A stretch of DNA of 63,981 nt, counting the filler, from Octopus bimaculoides (lineage: Eukaryota), in NCBI RefSeq assembly GCF_001194135.2. It is 7 parts of 7 records of this genome, joined end to end, with 100 filler letters (N's around TTAATTAATTAA, not from the genome) between each part and the next. Parts side by side here need not be neighbours in the genome. Positions count along the whole stretch, not along the records: positions 28,614 to 51,132 come from NC_068984.1; 6 more parts are not named here. One strand, 5' to 3'. Position numbers and translations under genes: made by a program. The notes under the pieces were generated by a model that had not been told where the DNA came from, ran no database searches, and saw only the letters and a list, made by a program, of their open reading frames with translations. Shown here in pieces: positions 35,775-50,566 of this stretch (the first letter of the stretch is position 1; the number at the start of each line of letters is the position of its first letter).

Positions 35775-36148
35775 TTCTACCTTCTACTTTTTTCAGTCAT
35801 TAGACTGCTGCCATGCTTGGGCTTTACCTTGAAATGTTAGTCCAATGAATCGACACCCGTACTTATTTGTCAAGCCTTGTACTTATTTTGCTGGTCTCTT
35901 TTGCCAAACCACTAAGTTACGGGGGAGTAAACACGCCAACACCGGTTGTTAAGCAGTAATGAGAGGACAAACACAAGCACAAAGACACACACGCATATAT
36001 ATACATATTTATACAACAGGCTTCTTTCAGCTTCCGTCTACCAAATCCACTCACAAGGCTTTGATCGGTGCCTAAGGTGTCACGCAGTGGGACTGAACCC
36101 GGAACCATATGGTTGGGAAGCAACCTTCTCACCACACAGCTACACCTG
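35775..36148 (-). mobile_element. SINE family 1 with internal deletion
   Basis: Reverse-complement homology. Confidence 0.85.
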
Positions 36149-36622
36149 CATCTATTTCCTATCTGGAAATGCAACAGGACTTTATTCCAACCTAATAATT
36201 TCTGCGGCTGCTTACCAGAAGTATTTCGTTTTGGTGGGTAGGAAATATGTTTCGCAAAAAATAATATGCCACGGATATGAAAATTACGTATGAAACGCAG
36301 ACAATCAATATAAACTTGATATACTCATATGCAACTCACTAATTTATTGAACTTTGTTAAGTTTTAACAATTATGTCCATGATTCTAAGCGGGAAGATCT
36401 AGTTTCTTAAAATAATCGGAAAGAACATTTATTTCTCCGGAGCTAAAATCAAAACTTCAGAAAATATCTTCTACACTCTAACCACTTCCTTCAGAGGATG
36501 TACATCTAACCATTACTTCAGCTACTTTGCTACAAAACTATGATTTCTAATTTTTGGAATCTACATATATACATGAATACATACAATCACGTACATATGT
36601 GTGAAAGAATTTCTATATATAT

Positions 36623-36664
<42 letters not shown>

Positions 36665-37593
36665 GTATACATGCAGACAAAGGCACACACAAAGGTTGAA
36701 CGGGCACAAATACATACACAAACACACACACACGTATATATTTGCAACACGCAATGACGTGTGATGGTGTGTGGTGATGTTTTTATATAAAACTGATGTT
36801 GTGTGAAACAGTGATTGACGAGGCGATTCGATAAATATAGATCTAGAAAATAAGTGCTGGACAGAAATATATACTGCGACAGTTATATTGGATTAAAACC
36901 TCTGAAAGTGGGTGTTCTAGCATGACCACTGTCCAATGACTGAAACGATTTAAAGATTAATGATTTGCGATATAAAAAGAAAGTCACTGATTTTGTAGGA
37001 TTGGAGCAGGAGAGTGAATGAGCCTCAGTATTTGTCTGGTACTATTTTATTCCTGTTTCTAATAGAATAAAATGTAACGTGTACATCCATTGAAATTTGA
37101 ACGCAGAACATTAACTAAAATACATAACTGCTATGCAAGTAGCGTATTTCCCCGCCATACAGCTGATTATACCACTTGCCGCTGTAACACGAAAACAAAA
37201 TAAGTTCAAAGGAATTCGTTTTAATACTTTTCTTTGTTTTAATGTTTATCTTGTTCTTTTTTTTTTACATTAATATTATTTTGAGTGTTTTCTTTCTGTA
37301 CTTGAAATGATCGTATAAATAACAAAATAGAATTTCGTTAAATTTTATCATATTACCATTTTTTTACGCACTCTCAGTTTTATAAGAAACATTTTTAAAT
37401 AATGTTTTATAAGCCACATCTTTTTCGTAATGCTTTGTGCTTGTGTAAAAATGTTTGTAAGACATAACAAGCCAAGACTATCTCTATGTCAGCTCGTGAC
37501 GTCATAATCACCTAAAACAATTTGCGATATCATTTTTCATGCTACCAAGTCATACACACTTGATAGTAACAATTTTGGTTAAATATATACCTA

Positions 37594-37997
37594 GGCGCAG
37601 GAGTGGTTGTGTGGTAAGTAGCTTGCTGCCAACCACATGGTTCCGGGTTCGTTCCCACTGCGTGGCACCTTGAGCAAGTGTCTTCTACTATAGCCTCGGA
37701 CCGACCAAAGCCTTGTGAGTGGATGAGTGGATTTGGTAGACGGAAACTGAAAGAAGCCCGTCGTATATATGTGTATATGTATGTACGTATATGTTTGTGT
37801 GTCTGTGTTTGCCCCCCCCCCCACCATTACTTGACAACCGATGCTGGTGTGTTTACGTCCCCGTAACTTAGCGGTTCAGCAAAAGAGATTGATAGAATAA
37901 GTACTAGGCTTACAAAGAATAAGTCCTGGGGTCGATTGGCTCGACTAAAGGCGGTGCTCCAGCATGGCCACAGTCAAATGACTGAAACAAGTAAAAG
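37594..37997 (+). mobile_element. tRNA-derived SINE family 1, full length (possibly the described octopus OK family)
   Basis: tRNA-like head GGCGCAGGAGTGGTTGTGTGGTAAG...GGTTCG, central (TA/TG)n, tail CAGCATGGCCACAGTCAAATGACTGAAACAAGTAAAAG. Confidence 0.9.
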
Positions 37998-38068
37998 GAC
38001 AGAAGGATATATATGTGTATGTATGTTTATATATACACACACAATGACCAATTACTGTGTATTATATA

Positions 38069-38449
38069 TATCGTTGCACTCTGTCGCTTACGACGTCGAG
38101 GGTTCCAGTTGATCTGATCAAAGGAACAGCCTGCTCGTGAAATTAACGTGCAAGTGGCTGAGCACTCCACAGACACGTGTACTCTTAACATAGTTCTCGG
38201 GAAGTCTCAGCGTGACACGGAGTGTGAAAACGCTGGCCCTTCGAAATACAGGTACAACAGAATCAGAAAGAAAGAGTGAGAGAAATTTGTGTTGAAAGAG
38301 TACAGCAGGTTTCACTACCACCCCCTACTAGATCCTCGTGGAGCTTTAGGTGTTTTCACTCACACTCACAACGCCCGGTCTGGGAATCGAAACCGCGATC
38401 CTACGACTACGAGTCCGCTGCCCTAACCACTGGGCCATTGCACCTCCAC
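38069..38449 (-). mobile_element. SINE family 2, full length
   Basis: Reverse complement of 30147-30530; TSD tgtattatata (38058-38068, 38450-38460). Confidence 0.92.
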
Positions 38450-38789
38450 TGTATTATATAAATTATAAATCATTCAAGATAGATTCTTCTTTTATTGAAA
38501 TTATCGCCACTTCCGGATTTGGGTTTTGGGTGATAATCTCAAAAATCAATAACTGTTCCAAATTATTTTACCCTTAATTCAAAAGACAATTTTATTGTCT
38601 GGTGACAAGAGAACGGCTGTGAATACGGTCTATGCCCCACTAGGCGTTCTCATTAGAGCAATTGTCATGCTTTACCAAATGTGTGTAAATGAAATAAAGG
38701 TGAGTGAAGAGAAATAGCTCAGATGGGCCAAACAACATAGTCGAATAAGAGTATATTAAGTACAGCAGAAGATAAGTTCTTGATTGATA

Positions 38790-38840
<51 letters not shown>

Positions 38841-39384
38841 TGGTTAGAAACTTATCTACATACCCTGATGAAGGAAGTTCTGGATTTTACCAATATTTGT
38901 TTGCTTCAATTACTGGCCGCAAATATTTGATGAACTACATCTGCCAACATTATGCAGTAACTCCGAACCTTCAGAGATAGCTGTCAGACTTNNNNNNNNN
39001 NNNNNNNNNNNNNNNNNNNNNNNNNNNNNNNNNNNNNNNNNNNNNNNNNNNNNNNNNNNNNNNNNNNNNNNNNNNNNNNNNNNNNNNNNNNNNNNNNNNN
39101 NNNNNNNNNNNNNNNNNNNNNNNNNNNNNNNNNNNNNNNNNNNNNNNNNNNNNNNNNNNNNNNNNNNNNNNNNNNNNNNNNNNNNNNNNNNNNNNNNNNN
39201 NNNNNNNNNNNNNNNNNNNNNNNNNNNNNNNNNNNNNNNNNNNNNNNNNNNNNNNNNNNNNNTATATATATATGATTGTTAATCTTATGAAATTTTAAGA
39301 CTGCCCTCCCTGTTTATATATTTCTTTATCTTTTATATATTTTGTACATTTAAACTCAAGGTTTTTATCTGTTTATTTGAATTA

Positions 39385-39433
<49 letters not shown>

Positions 39434-41296
39434 TGTGTGTGCGCGCGCGTGCGTGAGTGTGCGTGTGCGTACGTGAGCAATTTCTGGCTTTGAACATGAA
39501 TCAATGAAAATACTGCCGTGCGTGCCCTAGTTTCTGATTTGCTTGCTATGATTTCGTCATACTTTTATAGTGATTTATGGTTCGTTTAAAATATTTGTTT
39601 CAAGATTTATTGTAACAGTTGACGTCTCGACAGTTTGCGGTGTTTTGTTTAACGTGAACGAAACAATGAACATAACTTTTTAGGCTGATATCAATCCATC
39701 ATATAAAAACTGCAGTTTTGTTGCACAACATTAGTTCCACTACAATTTCCTTAGGACGGGAATCGATACAGGAATGTATTAGCACAAAATGCTAATACAC
39801 TTCAAATGCATTAAATAATTAATTATTAATAATGGGTTATTAACATAATTGCTTTCATTTTACAAATCAGAAGCTCTGCTCTAGAACACATGCCATTTAT
39901 ATACACTAGAAGGGTCCTAATAATTTTATCTACGGAGTTATAGCCCAAATATATGTTAATTTAACGGATATTTTTTTTTTCACATTTGGAGCTGAAATTG
40001 GTTATAAGTAGTATTTTTTTGCGTAGACTTTCAGCAGGCATCAAACGTATTCACTAATTTTCTTATAAATTGTTGTTCGTTTTCTGCTTCTTTATCTTTA
40101 ACGGATAAAATACTTCTAACTATATTGTTTCTATTTTCACAAACACTCATTCTTTGATACATGAGTACGTTGTTCCATCATTGGTAAGCACATTTTTGTT
40201 TTGAATAAAGGCGAAGAAGAGGTGAGAATGGTAAATCCGGAATGATAGGTCAGGTGTAAAAAGGAAAAGCAAGACACTATGGGGGTAAAGCTTTCATTTA
40301 TAGAAATAACAGCGAAGTATTCTGGAGAAAATAAAAGAGAATAAAGCGCAAACTGAAAACCAAACTAATAAAATCTGCTCTAAGTTCAGATAATTATGGC
40401 TGCCACTAACGAAAACGAATTTATATGGTTCTTAAAGTGTCAAGTGTTCGTATTTGTACAACTTACCGGTGACAACGTGCATAAAAGTGTTAGAGCCTTG
40501 CGTGCAGGAAAGACTAAGGTGTTCAGGTAGTTATTAAATACTTTACATTAGTACACATAAATGTGAAATGAAAACTAAGTAAATGATACTGCTCTTCATT
40601 TTAAATTCGAACTAAGCTTAGAATATATTTCAAGTAACTCGACAACTATATTCCGTTATACTGTATGACTAAATGAATATCCAACAATAAATACACATCA
40701 ATATACATAAATAAACATTTGCAAATGTTTGTTTAATAATGTCCTTATAATCTCGTCTCCGAGAAATTTAAAGACATTTTTTTCGATTCTCTTATTTTCA
40801 CAAGCAACATTTTAGGAAAAATTGCTGCATTAAATAAATACTAGACAGCAATGAATACTCAAGTGAGTTCTTGAGACAGAAATATATTCACAAAAAATGA
40901 AGTAGGCACAAAATTGAAATAATAAATGCATAAAAAACAAAGCGTAGCAAGAGGAAAAATTCATCCCTAAAACTAATGGCAAAATGCATGAAGGGTATTG
41001 AAATATAAAAGAATGTCACTCCAAGCACATAAAAATGAGTTCAAAAAATAGTACAGCCTAAACTATCACAGAAATGAAAAGTATCATCTATGACAATGTA
41101 TCACACTGCAGGATTTCGACATAAGTATCTAAAGTTCAGATAATATTCTTAAATTGATATATTCTTCAAGACTATAAACAGTAGAACATTAAATTGCTAT
41201 TTTCAGTAGTTTGCCGAAGAACGTATACATAAATACAAACATAATACGTACATACATACACACACGCACTCACACACATAAACGCACGCACGCACT

Positions 41297-41394
<98 letters not shown>

Positions 41395-42003
41395 CATATT
41401 CACACAAATATCAATAGTTTTTAATAGGATTATTTTATTGCATCCTTTCACTGTAGTCGCTGCCGAATATATTTTGTTTAATGCAGTCATTATTAATATT
41501 TTTGCGTGTTTTCATTACATCTGCCATGGCCATATGATTATTGTCTAATCTTACGTTTTCTGCGGAACAGACGCGTTCCAGTGTTAAGACAGTTCATCTG
41601 ATGCCAGTGCCCTGTTAAAAGTGAGCCCTTCATGTTGTGTCTATTTTGGCGCAGACATGCAATGAGACAGCCCTACATGCTGAATTTCCTGGACAGTGAA
41701 GATTTGTGGTTTCGTTCCTGAGCACATGTTCCGGCAGCACATTTCTTTGATAAACCAGCAGTCTTGGGTGAAGAAATGACTGCTTGACATCCAGAATGTC
41801 ACTACACACTCACTGCCGTTTACCAGTCGGAAAATGTTGGCAGTGGAAATTACACTTTAGCAAAATATAGAAGACTAGAGGTGGGGAAATGTGCTGACAT
41901 TCACAGGGAATTTCTAGAGACCTACGAGGACGAACTGGCTTTTCAGTTCAGAGGACTTTTGCCCCAATCAAAACTATGGGCCTGAAGTATTATTGGAAAG
42001 ATA

Positions 42004-42790
42004 TCACTTCATTAATATCACTCCCTTTAGTATGTGAGCTATCCCAAATGGTGTGATGTTCTGGACTGCATAAATATTAATGTCACCTAGGGTACGACTA
42101 GTGAAATTTTTCATTCTCTTGTTGATGCGTCGTACAGGTCCCACATTCCACATCCCGTTAATTTTACTTTCTAGTCTTCGTACTTGGTTTTCTTTTCTAT
42201 AACTTTCATGGAATGTACTGCAATGTCGGTAAGTACACAATTCTTGTCCTTGGTCTTGATAAAAATGCCAGTCTTATTTTTCCTTTAATTCCATTTAGTG
42301 TGAGGGAATGGTGATACAAATGTTATCAATGAATATGTTTAGTTTATTTTCACGCCATTTTTCAGCTGCCTTGATTTTGTAACGCCTTTATATTTCCAAG
42401 TTCAGACAGATACGCCGCTGCCTTCTTATACCTGCGGATGTATCCGTTTCTTTGTTTTTTGCTGTTTTTCCAGTTTCAGGTATCGAGAGAGAACGTATTC
42501 AATCATTTCTTCATATTGTCCACATATGCTGCATCGTGGATCTGTTGCATCCTTACTGAAGCAATTTTGAAATGAACTAAGAGAGAAGCTTTGATCTTGT
42601 GCCGATAGCTTCCAACTCTTTCTTCAGATCAGTACTCTTAAGCCACTGGTATGGCCTTATTGTTGAGATCAATCATAGTATTTCGCATTTTACTTCACTG
42701 ACTTGGCGAAAATGAGAGCCGCTTCGTTTTCGGTTCGTGCGGTATCTGCTTCTTTCTTGAGGGAGTATATCGGACGTTATAGGATTCAGA
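42004..42790 (-). mobile_element. R4/Dong-clade LINE fragment
   Basis: YQWLKSTDLKKE...AQDQS...DPRCSICGQYEEMIEYVLS; C-terminal ESKINGMWNV...IAHILKGV. Confidence 0.8.
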
Positions 42791-43252
42791 GGAATGGGTC
42801 TTAAACTATTGTCACCAATATCTAACGCAATAGGNNNNNNNNNNNNNNNNNNNNNNNNNNNNNNNNNNNNNNNNNNNNNNNNNNNNNNNNNNNNNNNNNN
42901 NNNNNNNNNNNNNNNNNNNNNNNNNNNNNNNNNNNNNNNNNNNNNNNNNNNNNNNNNNNNNNNNNNNNNNNNNNNNNNNNNNNNNNNNNNNNNNNNNNNN
43001 NNNNNNNNNNNNNNNNNNNNNNNNNNNNNNNNNNNNNNNNNNNNNNNNNNNNNNNNNNNNNNNNNNNNNNNNNNNNNNNNNNNNNNNNNNNNNNNNNNNN
43101 NNNNNNNNNNNNNNNNNNNNNNNNNNNNNNNNNNNNNNNNNNNNNNNNNNNNNNNNNNNNNNNNNNNNNNNNNNNNNNNNNNNNNNNNNNNNNNNNNNNN
43201 NNNNNNNNNNNNNNNNNNNNNNNNNNNNNNNNNNNNNNNNNNNNNNNNNNNN

Positions 43253-43339
<87 letters not shown>

Positions 43340-43745
43340 TATAGTAGTAGTAAGTTAAAACATCAAATACTCAACTTTATAAATTGTAAATGTGAAGACA
43401 ATTTGAAATACAAGATAACTTAATTTATCGATACAAAGCGGTACCAGCTGCGGTTTAAATACTTTTATTAAAATTTTTTTTTTTTATACAAGCTGATGTG
43501 ATTAAATGCGTTACTGTCTGATTTCATAATATTTGTTGACGCCGTTTTCGATAATGTAACCAATTTTTCCGGATGTGTCACAGACGATTCTCCGTGCGGT
43601 AGTGTTTGTACTTTCAGTCTATTTTATGGAATTTTCCGGTCTTTTTATATGAAGCGAAACGCAGTTCAATTCACGAAAGAATATAATTGAATAATTTAAT
43701 CTCATACACTCAGATACACACGCGTGCACACAAACATATTTCTAC

Positions 43746-43778
<33 letters not shown>

Positions 43779-44719
43779 ATGATTACACACGCACACATGC
43801 ATATATATATTTAAATGTATATACGTATAGATGTGTGCACACTCGCATGTGTACGTGTAAATTTGTTTAATGTTTTATCTTGTGTATTCTATGCACTATG
43901 TCTTTTGTTATGCATATTAGTGCGTCTTCCAGATAGTTTTTCACTTTAATTTTTTCATTATGTATATATATACATTAATAAATTAGGAGATCAGAGATTT
44001 ACATATCCGGGTTTTATTAATCACATTTTCCATGTCAGTACCTACATGTGCTTCCACTGCAAGTCAGTGCACACTGTAAATTTAACATCTTGATGTGCAT
44101 TTTGGTGTTAATTTATTGATGCCGCACCGTCGCTACAATTTAACTGCGTATATATATATATATATATATATATNNNNNNNNNNNNNNNNNNNNNNNNNNN
44201 NNNNNNNNNNNNNNNNNNNNNNNNNNNNNNNNNNNNNNNNNNNNNNNNNNNNNNNNNNNNNNNNNNNNNNNNNNNNNNNNNNNNNNNNNNNNNNNNNNNN
44301 NNNNNNNNNNNNNNNNNNNNNNNNNNNNNNNNNNNNNNNNNNNNNNNNNNNNNNNNNNNNNNNNNNNNNNNNNNNNNNNNNNNNNNNNNNNNNNNNNNNN
44401 NNNNNNNNNNNNNNNNNNNNNNNNNNNNNNNNNNNNNNNNNNNNNNNNNNNNNNNNNNNNNNNNNNNNNNNNNNNNNNNNNNNNNNNNNNNNNNNNNNNN
44501 NNNNNNNNNNNNNNNNNNNNNNNNNNNNNNNNNNNNNNNNNNNNNNNNNNNNNNNNNNNNNNNNNNNNNNNNNNNNNNNNNNNNNNNNNNNNNNNNNNNN
44601 NNNNNNNNNNNNNNNNNNNNNNNNNNNNNNNNNNNNNNNNNNNNNNNNNNNNNNNNNNNNNNNNNNNNNNNNNNNNNNNNNNNNNNNNNNNNNNNNNNNN
44701 NNNNNNNNNNNNNNNNNNN

Positions 44720-44781
<62 letters not shown>

Positions 44782-44799
44782 TATATAATATACACATAT

Positions 44800-45065
44800 A
44801 TGCATATATGGGTACAGGACGTCACCAACGGAGCAAATAACATAACATTCGTAAACAACGAGAAAAATGGAAAACAGGACAAGTTAACATAGAAAAAGGA
44901 CCCTTCATCAGTTGTCAGCTCTCTATCTACGCTTCCTTTCGATGAATCAACGACGATATGAGTCTGCAAAGACAGATTCTCCCATAAATTTTAAAATAAA
45001 ACTTAAGATTTATAGAAGGTCATGTTATTTGCACTGTTGGTGACGTCCTGTATCCATATATGCAT
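44800..45065. mobile_element. 266-bp segment with 47-bp terminal inverted repeats
   Basis: 44800-44846 vs 45019-45065: 4 mismatches in 47 bp. Confidence 0.7.
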
Positions 45066-45190
45066 GTATATATGTATATACATTCATGCATATATGTATG
45101 TATATATATTTATACATATATATACATGCATATATATATCTGCATGTATATGTATATATATATATATATATATAAACCTGCATTACGTGT

Positions 45191-45229
<39 letters not shown>

Positions 45230-45544
45230 CGTGTGTGCGCGTGTGCGGGCGGGCGTGAGTTTGTGTCCATGTCTGTCTAATTATAACGGTTTAGCATTCT
45301 GTTTTCATGCAATTTATCATTCAGCAAAAAGATTCGCTCTGGGTTCAACAGAATTAGTTCCTTTATTATTATAATATCAATAGTAATTATTGTTTTTATT
45401 ACCATTATTATTATCATCATTTTCTTAAACACTGTGAGGGTGAGAGCGCTTATCTATAAACCATATACCTTACTTTACTGGATATATTGCTATTAAAATC
45501 TATGTAAAATATTTAAATGTAAAGATGAAAAAAATAAATAATCC

Positions 45545-45738
45545 CGTCTACTATAGGCACAAAGCCTAAAATTTGGGTGGCATGAGGTTAAATCGAGTAT
45601 ATCAACTCGTGCGTTGGACTCGGACAAATTTTATCGACTCTAAAAGTATGAAAGATATATTAGAACTCAGTGATATTTAAAGTTAGAATGTAAAGGCGGA
45701 CGAAATGCCGCTAAGCATTTTGCCCGACGTGCTTACTA
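45545..45738 (-). mobile_element. SINE family 3, CpG-retaining
   Basis: ggcggacgaaatgccgctaagcattttgcccgacgtg; colinear with 9591-9805. Confidence 0.85.
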
Positions 45739-46984
45739 TTCTGCCAGCTCATCGCCTTCTGAAGAAAAGTAAATACTGAGGTAATAACGAGGAGATAGAA
45801 TTTGATAAGAACAAAGCAGAATGTAGATTAAAGAAAAAAATAGAAAAAAATGTTTTCTAACTGCGATTGTCTTGCCTTTCATCGTAGAAATACCAACAAC
45901 ATCAACAAAAAAATGCAGACAAAAAAGAGTTATCAGTTCTTGGTGAAACTTTAAGATGTTGAGATCGAATACTTTGCGGATTTGAACTTGGAGATAAACT
46001 TAATCCATTGTCAGGTTTAACCTGAGTTCTTGACTGCCTTTGGCCGAGTTTCCACTCTGCTAGTAGCATGTGGGTCGGGTCTCCTGTTTAAGAACAACTT
46101 TGCCCCAAGCCTTACTATCAATAAGTCACCATATGACGTATGCTCGATTATGGATACTCCCAGATATGGATGTGTACAGTGTTTCATTCAATGAAACTCT
46201 GTACCGTTAATCTAAATCGATCTAATAAGCGATGAATTTATAAATAACACACTAAGCTAAATGCTTAACTGATGAAGTATAAAGCCTACGGCCAAGAATT
46301 GCAGTTCCGGAGGCAATATCTGGTGCAATCTGACATATAAACACATACATACATACATACATACATACATACATACAAAAACATACTTATACATACACAT
46401 TCACGCGCACATGCACATGCTTGCGCTCATGCACTTATATACACGCATACCCATGCTCGCACAAACACATCTACGCACAAATATAATCATACACGATCGT
46501 CTCAAAATCTCCTCGATGTCAGCTTATCAGAAAACGTCTTAAAGTTCAAATGTCCATGCAATACATTTAAAATTTAATTTTGCTTATCATCATGATCATA
46601 GTCATGATTATCATTATTATTATTATTATTATTGAATGCGACTTGCTGGCATGAATGAAAAACATATCTATTTAGTCTTAGAACTTAAAAAGATTTTCTC
46701 TTTGTATGAACGTTTATATGTATGTCTCATAGTTGTAAACTTCAGTAACGTCTGATAGAAATAATGTGTAAAGAGAATGATGATATACTATGACTTGGTT
46801 TCTATGTTTAGTTTTTAAAAGGCCAAATCCATTTATTGAAAACTGAGTTCTTAGTTGAAGTCGAATGAGATATATTTTTGGATTAAGTTTTTTTATGTTT
46901 TTCATGTTAATGGCGAACTGTTTCATTGAACAAATAAGTTAGGCATACAGCTGTGCAGAACAAGATTATGAAGACATACATACA

Positions 46985-46989
46985 TAACA

Positions 46990-47053
<64 letters not shown>

Positions 47054-47062
47054 GTTTATCTG

Positions 47063-47097
<35 letters not shown>

Positions 47098-47475
47098 GTT
47101 TATCTGTCTGTCTGTCTGCCTGTCTGTCTGTCTATCTATCTGTCTGTCTGGCTGTCTGTTTGTCTGTCTGTCTGTATGCCTGTCTGTCTATCTATCTATG
47201 TATCTAGCTAGCTAGCTAGCTATCTGTCTGTCTGTCTACAAACATTTATACGTAGTCCATACATTTTCTCTGGATATATATATGTAGGATATAAACCCAC
47301 CTCAGAAAACAGACGCACACTCATATACATAGTATGTGTGCGTGTATGTGCGTTTCATGTATATGTACAGAGGGAAGATGAGGGCTGTGTATAACTGCAC
47401 CTTAATACCTATCCTACACCTTCTCTCCATACATAAGGAAGTACGCACACTCATATAAATATATACAGTATATGC

Positions 47476-47533
<58 letters not shown>

Positions 47534-48477
47534 NNNNNNNNNNNNNNNNNNNNNNNNNNNNNNNNNNNNNNNNNNNNNNNNNNNNNNNNNNNNNNNNNNN
47601 NNNNNNNNNNNNNNNNNNNNNNNNNNNNNNNNNNNNNNNNNNNNNNNNNNNNNNNNNNNNNNNNNNNNNNNNNNNNNNNNNNNNNNNNNNNNNNNNNNNN
47701 NNNNNNNNNNNNNNNNNNNNNNNNNNNNNNNNNNNNNNNNNNNNNNNNNNNNNNNNNNNNNNNNNNNNNNNNNNNNNNNNNNNNNNNNNNNNNNNNNNNN
47801 NNNNNNNNNNNNNNNNNNNNNNNNNNNNNNNNNNNNNNNNNNNNNNNNNNNNNNNNNNNNNNNNNNNNNNNNNNNNNNNNNNNNNNNNNNNNNNNNNNNN
47901 NNNNNNNNNNNNNNNNNNNNNNNNNNNNNNNNNNNNNNNNNNNNNNNNNNNNNNNNNNNNNNNNNNNNNNNNNNNNNNNNNNNNNNNNNNNNNNNNNNNN
48001 NNNNNNNNNNNNNNNNNNNNNNNNNNNNNNNNNNNNNNNNNNNNNNNNNNNNNNNNNNNNNNNNNNNNNNNNNNNNNNNNNNNNNNNNNNNNNNNNNNNN
48101 NNNNNNNNNNNNNNNNNNNNNNNNNNNNNNNNNNNNNNNNNNNNNNNNNNNNNNNNNNNNNNNNNNNNNNNNNNNNNNNNNNNNNNNNNNNNNNNNNNNN
48201 NNNNNNNNNNNNNNNNNNNNNNNNNNNNNNNNNNNNNNNNNNNNNNNNNNNNNNNNNNNNNNNNNNNNNNNNNNNNNNNNNNNNNNNNNNNNNNNNNNNN
48301 NNNNNNNNNNNNNNNNNNNNNNNNNNNNNNNNNNNNNNNNNNNNNNNNNNNNNNNNNNNNNNNNNNNNNNNNNNNNNNNNNNNNNNNNNNNNNNNNNNNN
48401 NNNNNNNNNNNNNNNNNNNNNNNNNNNNNNNNNNNNNNNNNNNNNNNNNNNNNNNNNNNNNNNNNNNNNNNNNNNNN

Positions 48478-48508
<31 letters not shown>

Positions 48509-48600
48509 AACATATATGATATATACCTATATGATGTGATTTTTATCGATACATGTATATGTGCATGTGTGTATGTGTGTGTGTGTGTGTGTGTTGTCGA
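46985..48600. repeat. (TATC)n/(TGTC)n, (TG)n and (TA)n tracts around a ~945-nt gap
   Basis: Read directly. Confidence 0.95.
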
Positions 48601-50484
48601 AATTTACATAAATGAAAGGAATAAAATTTGAGACAAAGCGAGAACAAACAAACAATAAATGCCACATGGTGTCAGACGGATGAAAGCATCTACCTGAAGA
48701 ATAGTAATAAATTGTGATAAAACAAAAATGTATCATTATACACTACGGCAAATGGAGAAAGGAAAAAATACAAAAGAATATGAAATTTTGAAAGAAGGAG
48801 AATAAAAATGAATTCAGAGACACGACGTAGAGAAAAATAATGTATGATATTAGAAAAGACGTGTGTTCACACATCGAGCCACAGGTGGAATGATAAGTAT
48901 ATATATTTTTAGTTTCTAGTCATTGGACGCATACCACGTTGAATAACTTTTAATTGCTTTGAGTGAATTTTGTTCCCATTAATTAATATAGTCTGGTACA
49001 TATTTTATCATACGCCTGGTTACACCGCTAACTGATGGAACATCACTCTTTTTAACCATTAAAATCAGTCTAATGATAGATTCGCGCGCACGTTCAGAAA
49101 GATACATACGTATATACGCATCAACATTCGTGCGCTCGTACACACACTTACACGCATATATATATATATATATATATATANNNNNNNNNNNNNNNNNNNN
49201 NNNNNNNNNNNNNNNNNNNNNNNNNNNNNNNNNNNNNNNNNNNNNNNNNNNNNNNNNNNNNNNNNNNNNNNNNNNNNNNNNNNNNNNNNNNNNNNNNNNN
49301 NNNNNNNNNNNNNNNNNNNNNNNNNNNNNNNNNNNNNNNNNNNNNNNNNNNNNNNNNNNNNNNNNNNNNNNNNNNNNNNNNNNNNNNNATATATATATAT
49401 ATATATATATATATACGACGGGCTTTTACACATTATCCAGCAACTAAATACCAATCACAAGTAACATGACGATATATTACAAGAGATATGCGCCATTTGC
49501 CCAAGGTTCTTGTGATTTCGAAGTAATCTTCTTGGTCACACCATCAAGACTGCAACTATAGTTTATAGAAATCATTTACGCTTGTCTAGGACATAAAAGA
49601 GAGTATATGGTTTCCACATAAATAAAGTGACTCTAGCATCAATTTCCATCATAAAGGACAAAAAAAGAATTGTTACGTTCATAAACTAGCAATACTTGCT
49701 CACTAAATATCACATGAAGATCATAAGTAATACTGCAGCCATTTATATATCAACGGATTAACTATTCAAAAGCAACAAATATTAGTCAAATGTTATACTT
49801 AAATCTTATGTTAATGGTTAGAATAAACACAAAGAATATGAATAATTGCAAGTTATGACTTAAGGGTAATCTAAATTTAAGCCATATATGATTACTTATA
49901 TTTCTCTCAAGACTAGAGTTTATGAATGTCTTACGTTTATATTTCAGTCAAACTGTCTTTGTATAACTTCTAATGATATTCCGTGTTTCATTATCATCCA
50001 AAATATCACATTTAAATGAGTCATTCAACTATCAGGAGTAGAAATAACGCATCTACTTGTGATTAGGTAACTACGAAATTATCAACCATCGTCCTGTGAT
50101 ATATGCTGAGGTTGTACTTGTAGTTCATATCTGTAAAACATTTGTAGACTCTACCGTGGAAGGAGAACAGGGAAGATCACTCTGGTGCAACCAGCAGCGC
50201 TGATGCCTGGCATTCTGCAGTTGTGGACAAAATAGTTTTCTTCCTCTCTCTATACATCTCTTGTGCTTTTTAAGCGACGCATAGCAGAGGAATATACATT
50301 GATGATTTATCGATTAGTCTCCTGCTACAGAAATGGAAAAACAAAAATAAAGTCCGTTTTTGAATTGCCTTTTAAAGAACAAACGCACATTCTCTTACTC
50401 GGTTCCTCTACTTCTGCCAATTTCTATTTTGATATATGTTCTTATTTCAATGCACACCATCGCCCCCACACTTACACACACATG

Positions 50485-50566
<82 letters not shown>

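Noticed and set aside
38865-38900. CTGATGA-AGG hammerhead start
   Set aside because: No stem II closure or GAAAC follows.
41650-42000. Protein-like plus-strand frame
   Set aside because: Three stops, no recognisable family; lies in the probable 3' UTR or flank of the R4/Dong fragment.
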